From NCBI RefSeq assembly GCF_013149785.1, contig NZ_JABEZU010000002.1, positions 868,001-932,000 on the forward strand: a stretch of 64,000 bases of DNA, in the 5' to 3' direction. The stretch comes from Isoptericola halotolerans. GTDB taxonomy: Bacteria > Actinomycetota > Actinomycetes > Actinomycetales > Cellulomonadaceae. This document shows, piece by piece, positions 1-9,143 of this stretch. The translations under genes and the position numbers were made by a program. The stretch's first letter is position 1. Each line of letters starts with the position of its first letter. The notes beneath the pieces are model-generated. The model saw only the letters and a program-made list of their open reading frames with translations. It was not told the origin of the DNA and did not search any database.

Positions 1-699
1 CTGGACGAGAACGCGCTCGAGGCGGCCCTGCGCATCGTCGAGGCCCTGCCCGACGACGAGCGCGAGACCAGCGAGGTCGTCGCCCTGACGGTGGCACCGC
101 CCGCGGGTGACGTCGCCCTGCGCAAGGCCTACCAGATGGGGGTCGACCGCGGGGTCCGCGTCTCCGACGAGGCGCTGGCCGACTCGGACTACTTCGGTAC
201 GACGACGGCGCTCGCCGCCGCGGTCCGCCGGCTGGAGACCGAGGGCCCGGTCGACCTGGTCGTGACCGGCATGGCGGCCCTGGACGGGCTCGGCTCCGTG
301 GTGCCGGCGCTGCTCGCCGCCGACCTCGGGCGGCCGTCGCTGACCTTCGCCAAGACGGTGACGGTCGCCGACGGCGCCCTGACGATCACCCGTGAGACGG
401 ACGAGGCGGCCGAGACGCTGACGGCGCCGCTGCCGGCCCTGCTGTCCGTCGCGGACACCGCGAACACCCCGCGGTTCCCCAACTTCAAGCTCATCATGGC
501 GGCGCGCTCCAAGACGATCGAGGAGTGGTCGGCCGCCGACCTCGGCCTCGACGCGGCGACCGTGGGCGCCGCCGGTGCCCGCACCGCGACGACCCAGGCG
601 GCGCCGCGTCCCGAGAAGCCCGAGGTCGAGCTGGTCCAGGACAAGGGTTCTGGTGGCCGCGAGCTGGCCGAGTACCTGATCCGCAACGAGCTGGTGTGA
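1..699 (+). CDS. etfB: Electron transfer flavoprotein beta subunit, 5'-truncated by window edge
   Basis: Frame open from base 1 (LDENALEAALRIVE...ALRKAYQMGVDRG...DLVVTGMAALDG...NTPRFPNFKLIMAARSK); directly precedes etfA. Confidence 0.92.
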   Translation: MDENALEAALRIVEALPDDERETSEVVALTVAPPAGDVALRKAYQMGVDRGVRVSDEALADSDYFGTTTALAAAVRRLETEGPVDLVVTGMAALDGLGSVVPALLAADLGRPSLTFAKTVTVADGALTITRETDEAAETLTAPLPALLSVADTANTPRFPNFKLIMAARSKTIEEWSAADLGLDAATVGAAGARTATTQAAPRPEKPEVELVQDKGSGGRELAEYLIRNELV

Positions 700-710
700 A
701 CGGAGTCGCC

Positions 711-1700
711 ATGTCTGAGCCCACGCACAACCGCACCGTCCTGGTCCTGCTCGACCCTGCGACCGAGGTCCGCTCCAGCGTGCTCGAGCTGCTGACCATC
801 GGCCGCTCGCTCGGTCGGGTCGAGGCCGTCACCCTGGAGGCTCCGAGCGTCGAGGCGCTGGCCCAGCTCGGCGCGTACGGCGTCGAGACGGTTCACCAGG
901 CCGAGCTGCCCGCCGAGCTGCGCGGCGACGCCCGGCACCTGTCCGCCGTCGTCGCCGAGGTGCTGGCCGCCGCCGTGCGGCTCACCGACGCCGACGTCGT
1001 GCTGGCGCCCTCCACCTTCGCCGCCAAGGAGGCCGCGGCCCTGGCCGGACGCGCTCTCGGCGCGGGGGTCGTCATCGACGCCGCGGGGGTGACCTCGGGG
1101 ACCGACGGCCGCGTCGTGGCGACCAAGCGTGTCTTCGCCGGGTCCTGGGACACGGCGTGCGAGGTCACCACCGACGTGGCCGTCCTGACGGTCCGCGCCA
1201 ACGCCGTCGTGGCCCAGCCGGCCGAGGCCGCGGTGGCCACGGAGGTCGAGGGCTTCGCCGTCACCGTCGACGCCCCGCTGCCCGCGGTGGCCGCACGGAC
1301 CGCCACGGCCCGTGACGCCGACCGGCCCACGCTGGAGGAGGCGGCCATCGTGGTCGCCGGGGGCCGGGGCACCGGCGGGGACTTCGGTCCGGTCACCGAG
1401 CTCGCCGACGCCCTGGGCGCGGCCGTCGGGGCCTCGCGCGACGCCGTATTCGAGGGGTGGTTCGACCGGTACGTCGGGCAGACCGGCGTGACGGTCGCGC
1501 CTCGGCTCTACATCGGTGCGGGCATCTCGGGCGCGCCGCACCACCGTGGCGGCATGCAGGCGTCGCAGGTGGTCGTCGCGGTCAACAACGACCCCGAGGC
1601 GCCGATCTTCGAGATCTGCGACTTCGCCGTCGTCGGTGACCTGAGCGACGTGCTCCCGCAGGCGGCCGAGGTCATCCGCGCCCACAAGCAGCAGGCCTGA
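711..1700 (+). CDS. etfA: Electron transfer flavoprotein alpha subunit
   Basis: ATG 711 after GGAG; motifs IVVAGGRG, AVGASRDAV, VGQTGVTVAPRLYIGAGISGAPHH, AVNNDPEAPIF. Confidence 0.95.
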   Translation: MSEPTHNRTVLVLLDPATEVRSSVLELLTIGRSLGRVEAVTLEAPSVEALAQLGAYGVETVHQAELPAELRGDARHLSAVVAEVLAAAVRLTDADVVLAPSTFAAKEAAALAGRALGAGVVIDAAGVTSGTDGRVVATKRVFAGSWDTACEVTTDVAVLTVRANAVVAQPAEAAVATEVEGFAVTVDAPLPAVAARTATARDADRPTLEEAAIVVAGGRGTGGDFGPVTELADALGAAVGASRDAVFEGWFDRYVGQTGVTVAPRLYIGAGISGAPHHRGGMQASQVVVAVNNDPEAPIFEICDFAVVGDLSDVLPQAAEVIRAHKQQA

Positions 1701-1721
1701 CCGCGAGATCGCAGGTGCGGC

Positions 1722-1964
1722 TCAGCCGCCGGCGAAGGGCGGCAGCAGGTCGAGTCGCGCACCGTCGGGCACGACGTCGCCCGGGGCCGCCCGGCGCCCG
1801 TCCAGCAGCACCGAGCAGCGGGACAGCACCGCCGCGGCCTCCGGCGACCTCTGCGTGAGCCGCCCGACGACGTCACCGACCGTGGCGCCGTCGTCGACCA
1901 CCAGCGTCTCGCCGGGACGGCCCAGGGCTGCCCGGGCGGCGGCGAAGTAGCGCAGCTCCACCAT
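1722..1964 (-). CDS. moaD: Molybdopterin synthase sulfur carrier subunit (MoaD/ThiS)
   Basis: 80 aa, N-terminal LRYFAAAR, C-terminal LLPPFAGG. Confidence 0.92.
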   Translation of the reverse strand: MVELRYFAAARAALGRPGETLVVDDGATVGDVVGRLTQRSPEAAAVLSRCSVLLDGRRAAPGDVVPDGARLDLLPPFAGG

Positions 1965-1968
1965 GCCC

Positions 1969-3051
1969 CTAGCCCCCGATCGCGCTCATGGTCCGGTCGG
2001 GCTGGGTGAACGACGGGTCGTCCATCCCGTGCCCGGCGCCCTTGCCCCACATGGCCGTCCGCCACAGGTCGGCGAGCTGTGCGTCGGTGGCGCCGGCACG
2101 CAGCGGACCGAGCAGGTCGGTCTCGGTGTGCGCGAAGAGGCAGTCGCGCACCCCGCCCTCGGCGGTGAGGCGGGTGCGGCGGCAGTCGGCGCAGAACGGC
2201 TCGGTGACCGACGCGATGATGCCGACGCGCCCCCACCGCTGCCCGGTGGCGAGCGAGCGCACCTCGAAGCGCTCGGCGGGGGCGCCGTCGCGGGGCTCGT
2301 CGTCGGGCGCCAGCGCGAACCGGCGGCCCAGCAGCCCGCGCACCTCGGCCGCGGTGACCATCGCCGAGCGGTCCCACGAGTGGTCCGCGTCCAGGGGCAT
2401 CTGCTCGATGAACCGCAGCTCGAACCCGCGCTCCAGGCACCAGGACAGCAGGTCGGCGGCGTGGTCGAGGTTGACCCCGCGCACCAGGACCGCGTTGATC
2501 TTCACCAGGTCGAACACGCGGGCGGCGGCGTCGATGCCGGCCAGCGTCCGCTCGAGGAACGGGCGCCGGGCGAGGGTGGCGAAGGTGTCCGGGTCGAGCG
2601 TGTCGAGGGAGACGTTCACGCGGTCCAGGCCGGCGTCGCGCAGCGCCTCCGCCCGCGTGTCGAGCCCGACGGCGTTGGTCGTCAGGCTGATCTCGGGCCG
2701 GGGCTCGAGGGCCGCGACGTCGCGGACGACGTCGACCAGGTCGCCGCGCAGCAGCGGCTCGCCCCCGGTGAACCGCACCTGGCGCACGCCGAGGTCGCGG
2801 GTCGCCACGCCCACCAGGCGCGTGATCTCGGCGCGCGCCATGACGGCGTCCCGCGGCAGCGCCGGCAGGCCCTCGGCCGGCATGCAGTAGGTGCAGCGCA
2901 GGTTGCACCGGTCGGTCAGGGAGACCCGCAGGTCGGTGGCGATCCGCCCGTACCGGTCCACGAGCCCGGGCCCGGCGGGACGTTCCGCGGGCAGGGTGCG
3001 CGACCGCCAGGCGGTGGGGACCTGCGGGATCCCGAGGTCGACGGAGGTCAT
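1969..3051 (-). CDS. moaA: GTP 3',8-cyclase (radical SAM)
   Basis: LRVSLTDRCNLRCTYCMP, FTGGEPLLR, FCADCRRTRLT, C-terminal MSAIGG; ATG at 3051 with GGAG RBS. Confidence 0.96.
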   Translation of the reverse strand: MTSVDLGIPQVPTAWRSRTLPAERPAGPGLVDRYGRIATDLRVSLTDRCNLRCTYCMPAEGLPALPRDAVMARAEITRLVGVATRDLGVRQVRFTGGEPLLRGDLVDVVRDVAALEPRPEISLTTNAVGLDTRAEALRDAGLDRVNVSLDTLDPDTFATLARRPFLERTLAGIDAAARVFDLVKINAVLVRGVNLDHAADLLSWCLERGFELRFIEQMPLDADHSWDRSAMVTAAEVRGLLGRRFALAPDDEPRDGAPAERFEVRSLATGQRWGRVGIIASVTEPFCADCRRTRLTAEGGVRDCLFAHTETDLLGPLRAGATDAQLADLWRTAMWGKGAGHGMDDPSFTQPDRTMSAIGG

Positions 3052-3344
3052 GTGTCTCCTCGCGTCGACGCGGGCTCCCAGCCGAGTGCCAGCCGGGAGG
3101 CCTGGGCGGCGAGCTGGTCGTCGGGCTGGTCGTCGGGCAAGCGCGGGCCCGCCCCGGCGGCGAGCCCGCGCGCGTAGCCCACGAGGTAGGTGGTGACCGG
3201 GGCAGCGGGGCGGGCGACGTGGTGCGCGGCGTCGCGGGCGAGGTCGAGGACCTCGGTGACGTCCACGCTCCCGGCGGGCAGCTCGAGCTCTGCCTCGACG
3301 GCCTCGACCCACCGGGCGAGCACGGTCGGCGTCTCCTGCGTCAT
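3048..3344 (-). CDS. DUF6457-like small protein commonly linked to mobA
   Basis: LDLARDAAHHVARPAAPVTTYLVGYA motif; 4-bp overlaps with both neighbours. Confidence 0.75.
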   Translation of the reverse strand: MTQETPTVLARWVEAVEAELELPAGSVDVTEVLDLARDAAHHVARPAAPVTTYLVGYARGLAAGAGPRLPDDQPDDQLAAQASRLALGWEPASTRGDT

Positions 3345-3961
3345 GGTGATCTCTCCTCGGCGTCGTCCGTCGCACGGCGGTCCGCCAGCCGTGCGGTGAG
3401 TCTGTCCCTATCGTCCCAGGTGTCGACGTCGTCGCTCATCCCCGTCTCGTCGGGCACCGTGACCAGGTGCAGGCCGGCGGCCAGGGTCCGCACCGGGGCT
3501 CCGTGCGGGTCCGTGCCCTGCAGGGCCGCGGCCAGGGCGTCACGGCGGTAGAGGCCGACGAGCCACTGGGCGCGGCCGGCCCGGACGAGGTGGGCACCGT
3601 CGGCCTCCGGGTGCCGTGCGACGGCGGCGTGCAGCGCGGGCAGGGCGGCGGCCGCCCCGGGGACGTCGACGGCCAGCACCAGCACCCACGGCGGTGCACC
3701 GGGCCGGCCCAGCGCACGCAGACCGGCGTCGATCCCGGCCACGGGGCCGCCGAAGGGCGGATCCTCGCGGGTGACGACGAGCGGCCCACCGCCCGTGCCG
3801 AGGATCTCGTCGGGTCCGACGACGGCGGTCAGCTCGGCGTCGGCGGTGGCGGCCAGGGCATGCTCCAGAAGGGTGGCGTGCCCGACGACGACGCGCGGTT
3901 TCGGGGTCCCGCCGAGACGGGCGGCGCGACCTCCCGCGAGGACGACGGCGTCGTACCTCAT
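3341..3961 (-). CDS. mobA: Molybdenum cofactor guanylyltransferase (MobA-like)
   Basis: DAVVLAGGRAARLGG.PKP, REDPPFGGPVAG, LAVDVP, DVDTWDD; ATG 3961 overlaps moeA stop. Confidence 0.88.
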   Translation of the reverse strand: MRYDAVVLAGGRAARLGGTPKPRVVVGHATLLEHALAATADAELTAVVGPDEILGTGGGPLVVTREDPPFGGPVAGIDAGLRALGRPGAPPWVLVLAVDVPGAAAALPALHAAVARHPEADGAHLVRAGRAQWLVGLYRRDALAAALQGTDPHGAPVRTLAAGLHLVTVPDETGMSDDVDTWDDRDRLTARLADRRATDDAEERSP

Positions 3962-5268
3962 GGGCACCACGCACCCAGGGGGTGGACGGTCACCTCGTCG
4001 CCGACGGCGACGCCCAGCGTCCCGGCCGGGACCACGGCGAGGGCGTCGGCCCGGGGGAGCGCGGACAGGTGGTGCCCGTCGCGCGCGGCCGGGGTGACGC
4101 CGTCGGGGCCGGTGACGACGGGGAGCACCTGCTCGGCGTGCGGCGGGCACGACCACGCGCTCGCGGCGCGCACCGTGCTGGCCGGAGGAGGCCCGTCCCG
4201 GCCCGCGAGCCGTCCGACGGCGGGCCGGGCGAACAGCGCGAAGGACACGAGGGCGCTGACAGGGTTGCCGGGGACGGCGATCCACGGCACCCCCCGCCAG
4301 GTGGCGAGCGCCTGGGGTCGGCCGGGCCGCATGGCGACCGCCGCGACGTCCACGCCATCGGCCGCCCCGGAGGCCAGCACCTCGCGGACCACGTCGCTCG
4401 CTCCGGCGGAGACGCCCCCCGAGGTCACGATCAGATCCACTCCCGGATGTTGTGGGCGCGAAACCTGGCCCGAATCATCCCGTTCTGCGGCATGAATGGG
4501 CACGGAAATCGCGCCCACAACCCTGTCGAGGGCGGTAGTCAGGGAGTCGGCGGCGTCGGGGACCGCGCCGACGCGGACGACGTCCGCCCCGGCCTGCCGC
4601 GCGAGGGCGGCCAGCATGAGGGAGTTCGAGTCGGGGATCGTCCCCGGGGCGGTCGATCCGAGACCGGCGAGCTCGGTGCCGGTCGAGAGCACGGCGACGC
4701 GCGGTCGCCGGTGCACGGGCAGCGCGGTGAGACCGGCCGCGGCGGCGGCGGCGACGAGACCGGGGCCGACCGTGGTGCCGGAGTCGGCCAGCACCTCGCC
4801 GGCGGTGATGTCGGTACCGGCCCGCCGCACGTGGTCGCGCCGCTGGCGCCCCAGCGTCACCGTCCGCTCCGTCGTCGGGCGGCCCGCGACGAACCGGCCG
4901 GTCGAGGTGCGCTCGACGGGCACGACGGCGTCGAACCCGTCGGGCAGGGGTGCGCCGGTCATGATCCGCACCACCCCCGGATGTTGTGCACCCACAGCAT
5001 CGAGGGGGTGGCCGGGGCGGGCGTCGGCGAGCACCGGCAGCGTGACGTCCGTGCCGTCGTCGGGCAGGTCGGCGCTGCGTACGGCGTAGCCGTCCATCGC
5101 GGAGTTGTCGAACGCCGGGACGGGGGCTGCCGCGACCACGTCACGTCCGACGACCAGGCCGATCGGGTCGGCTGCGTCCAGCGGCACGTCGATCACCTCG
5201 AGCGGGCGCACCAGGGCGAGCGTCGCCGTAACGTGCTCGGCGATCGTGCGCGGCGTCGGACCGGTCAT
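3958..5268 (-). CDS. moeA: Molybdopterin molybdotransferase MoeA, paralog 1, with in-frame palindromic insertions
   Basis: PAFDNSAMDGYAV, RIMTGAPLP, STGTEL, DSNSLML, TSGGVSAG, PGNPVSA. Confidence 0.93.
   Translation of the reverse strand: MTGPTPRTIAEHVTATLALVRPLEVIDVPLDAADPIGLVVGRDVVAAAPVPAFDNSAMDGYAVRSADLPDDGTDVTLPVLADARPGHPLDAVGAQHPGVVRIMTGAPLPDGFDAVVPVERTSTGRFVAGRPTTERTVTLGRQRRDHVRRAGTDITAGEVLADSGTTVGPGLVAAAAAAGLTALPVHRRPRVAVLSTGTELAGLGSTAPGTIPDSNSLMLAALARQAGADVVRVGAVPDAADSLTTALDRVVGAISVPIHAAERDDSGQVSRPQHPGVDLIVTSGGVSAGASDVVREVLASGAADGVDVAAVAMRPGRPQALATWRGVPWIAVPGNPVSALVSFALFARPAVGRLAGRDGPPPASTVRAASAWSCPPHAEQVLPVVTGPDGVTPAARDGHHLSALPRADALAVVPAGTLGVAVGDEVTVHPLGAWCP
4449..4521. repeat. Imperfect palindromic element (REP/MITE-like) inside moeA
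   Basis: Perfect 13-bp terminal IR GTTGTGGGCGCGA (4449-4461) / TCGCGCCCACAAC (4509-4521); imperfect pairing continues inward to a TTCTG loop. Confidence 0.8.
4971..5011. repeat. Short related palindromic element inside moeA
   Basis: CCACCCCC-G-GATGTTGTG-CACC-CACAGCATC-GA-GGGGGTGG hairpin; shares CCCGGATGTTGTG with 4442-4454. Confidence 0.7.
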
Positions 5269-5312
5269 GCGCTCACCGTAGGCCGCCGATGTGTCGCCGG
5301 TGCAGCGACGAC

Positions 5313-5401
5313 CTCACAGTGCGCCCCAGCCCCCTGAGAGAATCGCCTCATCGAGAATTCACGGCTTCACACCGCGCAGCGAAACACCGCGTTCCTACTG
5401 T
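5313..5401 (+). promoter_or_regulatory. narK promoter region: NnaR-like box, GlnR-like half sites, -10
   Basis: CTCAC-N16-CTGAG (5313-5338); TTCAC/GAAAC pentamers (5358-5385); TACTGT -10 at 5396-5401. Confidence 0.6.
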
Positions 5402-5505
5402 CGTCCTCACCGGCACGACGTCGAGCCGGTCCGGCTCCCGACACCTGTCGGTGGCCGCGGCCTCGCCCGGCGTCACCGGGCACGAGCACGGATGGGAGAA
5501 CGACG

Positions 5506-6912
5506 ATGGTTGCTCCGACGAGTGGGACCGCATCGTCCGACGCGGCGCCGACCAGCGCCGCCACCACGACGGCCGAGGCCACCGGCCCGGCCGGGACGGA
5601 CGCTCCACCGCGCCGCCCCGTCCACCGCTCCGGGCGGTGGATCGACCACTGGGACCCCGAGGACCCGGTCTTCTGGCGCGACGGCGGACGCCGTATCGCC
5701 CGCCGCAACCTCGTGGTCTCGATCTTCGCGGAGTTCCTGGGGTTCTGCGTCTGGGCCATCTGGTCGATCGTCGTGCCGCAGCTGCCGGCCGCGGGCTTCG
5801 CGCTCACCGCCGACCAGATGTTCTGGCTCATCGGGGTCCCGGCGCTCGTCGGCGCCACCCTGCGCATCCCCTACACGCTCGCGGTGCCCGTGTTCGGCGG
5901 GCGCAACTGGACCGTCATCTCGGCTGCGCTGCTGCTCATCCCGACACTCTCCCTGGCGTTCATCGTGCAGCGTCCCGAGACGTCGTTCGGCGTGCTGCTG
6001 CTGGTCGCCGCGCTCGCCGGCCTGGGCGGTGGCAACTTCGCGTCGTCGATGGCCAACATCTCGTTCTTCTTCCCCGAGAAGGAGAAGGGTGCGGCGCTCG
6101 GCTGGAACGCGGCCGGCGGGAACCTCGGCACCGCCGTCGTGCAGTTCGTCGTCCCGCTGGTCATCGTCACCGCGGCCGGGATCTCGCTGGAACGCGCCGG
6201 GCTGGTGTTCGTCCCCTTCATCCTGCTCGCCGTGATCCTGTCGTGGCGGCTCATGGACAACCTCGGCACGGCCAAGGCAGACCCCCGGTCCTTCGGCGCG
6301 GCGGTGCGCGAGAAGCACACCTGGATCATCTCGTTCATCTACATCGGGACGTTCGGCAGCTTCGTCGGGTTCGCCGGGGTGTTCCCGACGCTGCTGGCCG
6401 GCCAGTTCCCCGAGGTGACCCTCTCGCTGGCCTTCATGGGCGCCCTCGTCGGGTCGGTGGCCCGTCCGGTCGGCGGCATCATCGCCGACCGGCTCGGGGG
6501 AGCGGTCGTGACCGTCGCCAGCTTCGCCGTGATGATCATCGGTGCCGTCGGCGCGATCCAGGCGCTCGGGACCGGGTCCTTCGCGCTGTTCTTCGGTTCG
6601 TTCATGCTGCTGTTCGTCGCGACCGGCATCGGCAACGGGTCGGTCTACCGCATGATCCCGATCGCGTTCCGGGTCGCCCGGGGCGGCGGCGCCGCGACGG
6701 CGAAGGCTGCCGCCGGGTGCATCGGGGTCGCCGGTGCCGTGGGAGCCTTCGGTGGCTTCCTCATCCCGCGCGGTTTCGCGATGTCGACCACGGCGACGGG
6801 CTCCCTGGTCCCCGCCCTGTGGGTGTTCGTCGGTGCGTACGTGGTGATGGCGGCCGTCACCTGGTTCGTCTACGGCCGGCGCAGCGGGGTCATGGGGGCG
6901 GCCCGCGTATGA
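5506..6912 (+). CDS. narK: MFS nitrate/nitrite transporter (NarK family)
   Basis: HWDPEDPVFW, FGGRNW, nitrate signature GLGGGNFASSMANISFFFP, GIGNGSVYRMIP; many hydrophobic segments. Confidence 0.95.
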   Translation: MVAPTSGTASSDAAPTSAATTTAEATGPAGTDAPPRRPVHRSGRWIDHWDPEDPVFWRDGGRRIARRNLVVSIFAEFLGFCVWAIWSIVVPQLPAAGFALTADQMFWLIGVPALVGATLRIPYTLAVPVFGGRNWTVISAALLLIPTLSLAFIVQRPETSFGVLLLVAALAGLGGGNFASSMANISFFFPEKEKGAALGWNAAGGNLGTAVVQFVVPLVIVTAAGISLERAGLVFVPFILLAVILSWRLMDNLGTAKADPRSFGAAVREKHTWIISFIYIGTFGSFVGFAGVFPTLLAGQFPEVTLSLAFMGALVGSVARPVGGIIADRLGGAVVTVASFAVMIIGAVGAIQALGTGSFALFFGSFMLLFVATGIGNGSVYRMIPIAFRVARGGGAATAKAAAGCIGVAGAVGAFGGFLIPRGFAMSTTATGSLVPALWVFVGAYVVMAAVTWFVYGRRSGVMGAARV

Positions 6913-9143
6913 GCAGGACCGTCGCCGAACCGGTCAGGACGCACTGCCCCTACTGCGCCCTGCAGTGCGGCATGCAGCTCACGCCCGGCCCGGTCCCGGC
7001 ACCCGACGCGCCCGCCGCGTCGGTGTCGGCCCCGGCCGGGCGCGAGCCCCTGCCGGTCGTCGCACCGCGAGACTTCCCCACGAACGCCGGCGGCCTGTGC
7101 CAGAAGGGCTGGACGAGCGCCACGGTGCTCGGTGTGCCGGACCGCATCACCACGCCGCTGGTGCGCGGCGCCGACGGGGAGCTGGCCGCGGCGACCTGGG
7201 ACGAGGCCCTCGACGTGATCACCGAGGGTGTGCGGTCCGTCCAGGCGGAGCACGGCCCGCAGGGCGTCGCGGTCTTCGGCGGCGGCGGCCTGACCAACGA
7301 GAAGGCGTACACGCTGGGGAAGTTCGCGCGGACGGTGCTGCGGACGCCGAACATCGACTACAACGGGCGGTTCTGCATGTCGTCCGCGGCGGCGGCCGGC
7401 AACCGGTCGTTCGGTGCCGACCGCGGTATGCCGTTCCCCCTGACGGACCTCGGTGGGGCCGAGGTCGTGCTGCTGCTCGGCTCCAACCCTGCCGAGACCA
7501 TGCCGCCCTTCGTCCAGCACCTCGCCGGTGCCCGGGAGCACGGCGGCCTGGTGGTGCTGGACCCGCGCCGCTCGGCCACGGCCCGGCTCGCCGCCGACGG
7601 GCAGGGGATCCACCTGCAGCCCGTGCCCGGCACCGACATGGTCGTGCTGCTCGCGCTGCTGCACGTCGTCGTCGCCGAGGGTCTGGCGGACCGCACCTAC
7701 CTCGCCGAGCGCACCAGCGGGTGGGACGACGTCGTCCGCTCGGTCGCCGCCTGGTGGCCCGAGCGCGCCGAGACGGTGTGCGGGGTCCCGGCCGAGGAGC
7801 TGCGCACGACGGCGCGGCGGCTGGCGGCCGCTGCCCCGTCACGCGGCGGCCGGGGTGCCTACGTGCTCACGGGACGGGGCGTCGAGCAGTCCTCCCAGGG
7901 GACGGCGACGGTCACGGCGGCCATCAACCTGTCGCTCGCGCTCGGGCTGGTCGGCCGGGAGGGGTCCGGCTACGGATGCCTGACCGGCCAGGGCAACGGT
8001 CAGGGCGGCCGCGAGCACGGCCAGAAGAACGACCAGCTCCCGGGCTACCGCAAGATCGACGACCCGGCCGCACGTGAGCACGTCGCCGGGGTGTGGGGCG
8101 TCGACCCGGCCGTCCTGCCCGGCCCGGGGCTGCCGGCCGTGGCGCTCCTGAACGCGCTCGGCACCCCGGGCGGGCCCCGGGCGCTGTTCGTGCACGGCTC
8201 CAACGTCCTGGTGTCGGCACCGAACGCCGACCGGGTCCGTGAGCGCCTCGAGGCGCTCGACCTGCTGGTGGTGTGCGACTTCGTGCCGTCGGAGACCGCC
8301 CGCATGGCCGACGTCGTGCTCCCCGTGACCCAGTGGGCCGAGGAGGAGGGCACGATGACGTCGCTCGAGGGCCGGGTCATCCGGCGCCGGCAGGTCACCA
8401 CGGCACCGGGCGAGGCCCGCTCGGAGCTGTGGCTGCTCGCCGAGCTCGCGCGACGTCTCGGTTCCGAGGTGTCCTTCCCCACCGATCCCGCCGTCGTGTT
8501 CGACGAGCTCGCCCGGGCCTCGGCCGGTGGCGTCGCGGACTACTCGGGCCTGTCGCACGCACGGCTGGACGCCGCCGAGGACGCCGGCGCCCCGGGGCTG
8601 TTCTGGCCCTGCCCGGCCCCGTCGGCGGGGGAGCCGGAGCACCCCGGGACGCCCCGGATGTTCCTCGACCGCTTCGAGACACCGGACGGTCGCGCGCGCA
8701 TGGTGCCGGTCGACCACGTCGGTCCCACCGACGACGTGCGCGGGGACGCCCCGACGTACCTCGTGACCGGCCGGGTGCTCCAGCACTACCAGTCGGGGGC
8801 CCAGACCCGCCGGGTGCCCGAGCTCGACCGGATCGTCCCCGAGCCGTACGCGGAGCTCCACCCGCAGCTCGGGCTGCGCGTGGGGGTCGCCGACGGCGCC
8901 CGGGTCCGCATCACCTCGGCTCGCGGGGTGGTGGAGGCCACGGCGCGGTGGACGGACGTCGTCCGCCCCGACACGGTCTTCATGCCCTTCCACTGGAGCG
9001 GGGCCGGCAGCGTCAACCGCATCACCAGCGACGCCGTCGACCCGATCTCCTCGATGCCCGAGTTCAAGGTGTGCGCGGTCAGCGTGAGCCCGGCCGCCCA
9101 CGGCGAGCGCGACGTCCACGACAGCCAGGAGGTTCCGGCATGA
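6909..9143 (+). CDS. nasA: Assimilatory nitrate reductase catalytic subunit (bis-MGD, 4Fe-4S)
   Basis: THCPYCALQCGM...GGLCQKG, LTNEKAY, NGRFCMSSAA, TGQGNGQGGRE, DPISSMPEFKVCAV; ATGA overlap with narK. Confidence 0.93.
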   Translation: MSRTVAEPVRTHCPYCALQCGMQLTPGPVPAPDAPAASVSAPAGREPLPVVAPRDFPTNAGGLCQKGWTSATVLGVPDRITTPLVRGADGELAAATWDEALDVITEGVRSVQAEHGPQGVAVFGGGGLTNEKAYTLGKFARTVLRTPNIDYNGRFCMSSAAAAGNRSFGADRGMPFPLTDLGGAEVVLLLGSNPAETMPPFVQHLAGAREHGGLVVLDPRRSATARLAADGQGIHLQPVPGTDMVVLLALLHVVVAEGLADRTYLAERTSGWDDVVRSVAAWWPERAETVCGVPAEELRTTARRLAAAAPSRGGRGAYVLTGRGVEQSSQGTATVTAAINLSLALGLVGREGSGYGCLTGQGNGQGGREHGQKNDQLPGYRKIDDPAAREHVAGVWGVDPAVLPGPGLPAVALLNALGTPGGPRALFVHGSNVLVSAPNADRVRERLEALDLLVVCDFVPSETARMADVVLPVTQWAEEEGTMTSLEGRVIRRRQVTTAPGEARSELWLLAELARRLGSEVSFPTDPAVVFDELARASAGGVADYSGLSHARLDAAEDAGAPGLFWPCPAPSAGEPEHPGTPRMFLDRFETPDGRARMVPVDHVGPTDDVRGDAPTYLVTGRVLQHYQSGAQTRRVPELDRIVPEPYAELHPQLGLRVGVADGARVRITSARGVVEATARWTDVVRPDTVFMPFHWSGAGSVNRITSDAVDPISSMPEFKVCAVSVSPAAHGERDVHDSQEVPA

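Noticed and set aside
5289..6908. N-terminal 540 aa of the 1284-aa ORF suggesting a giant nitrate reductase
   Set aside because: Overlaps narK out of frame and is Arg/Pro-rich shadow translation; the true start is ATG 6909 with an ATGA overlap
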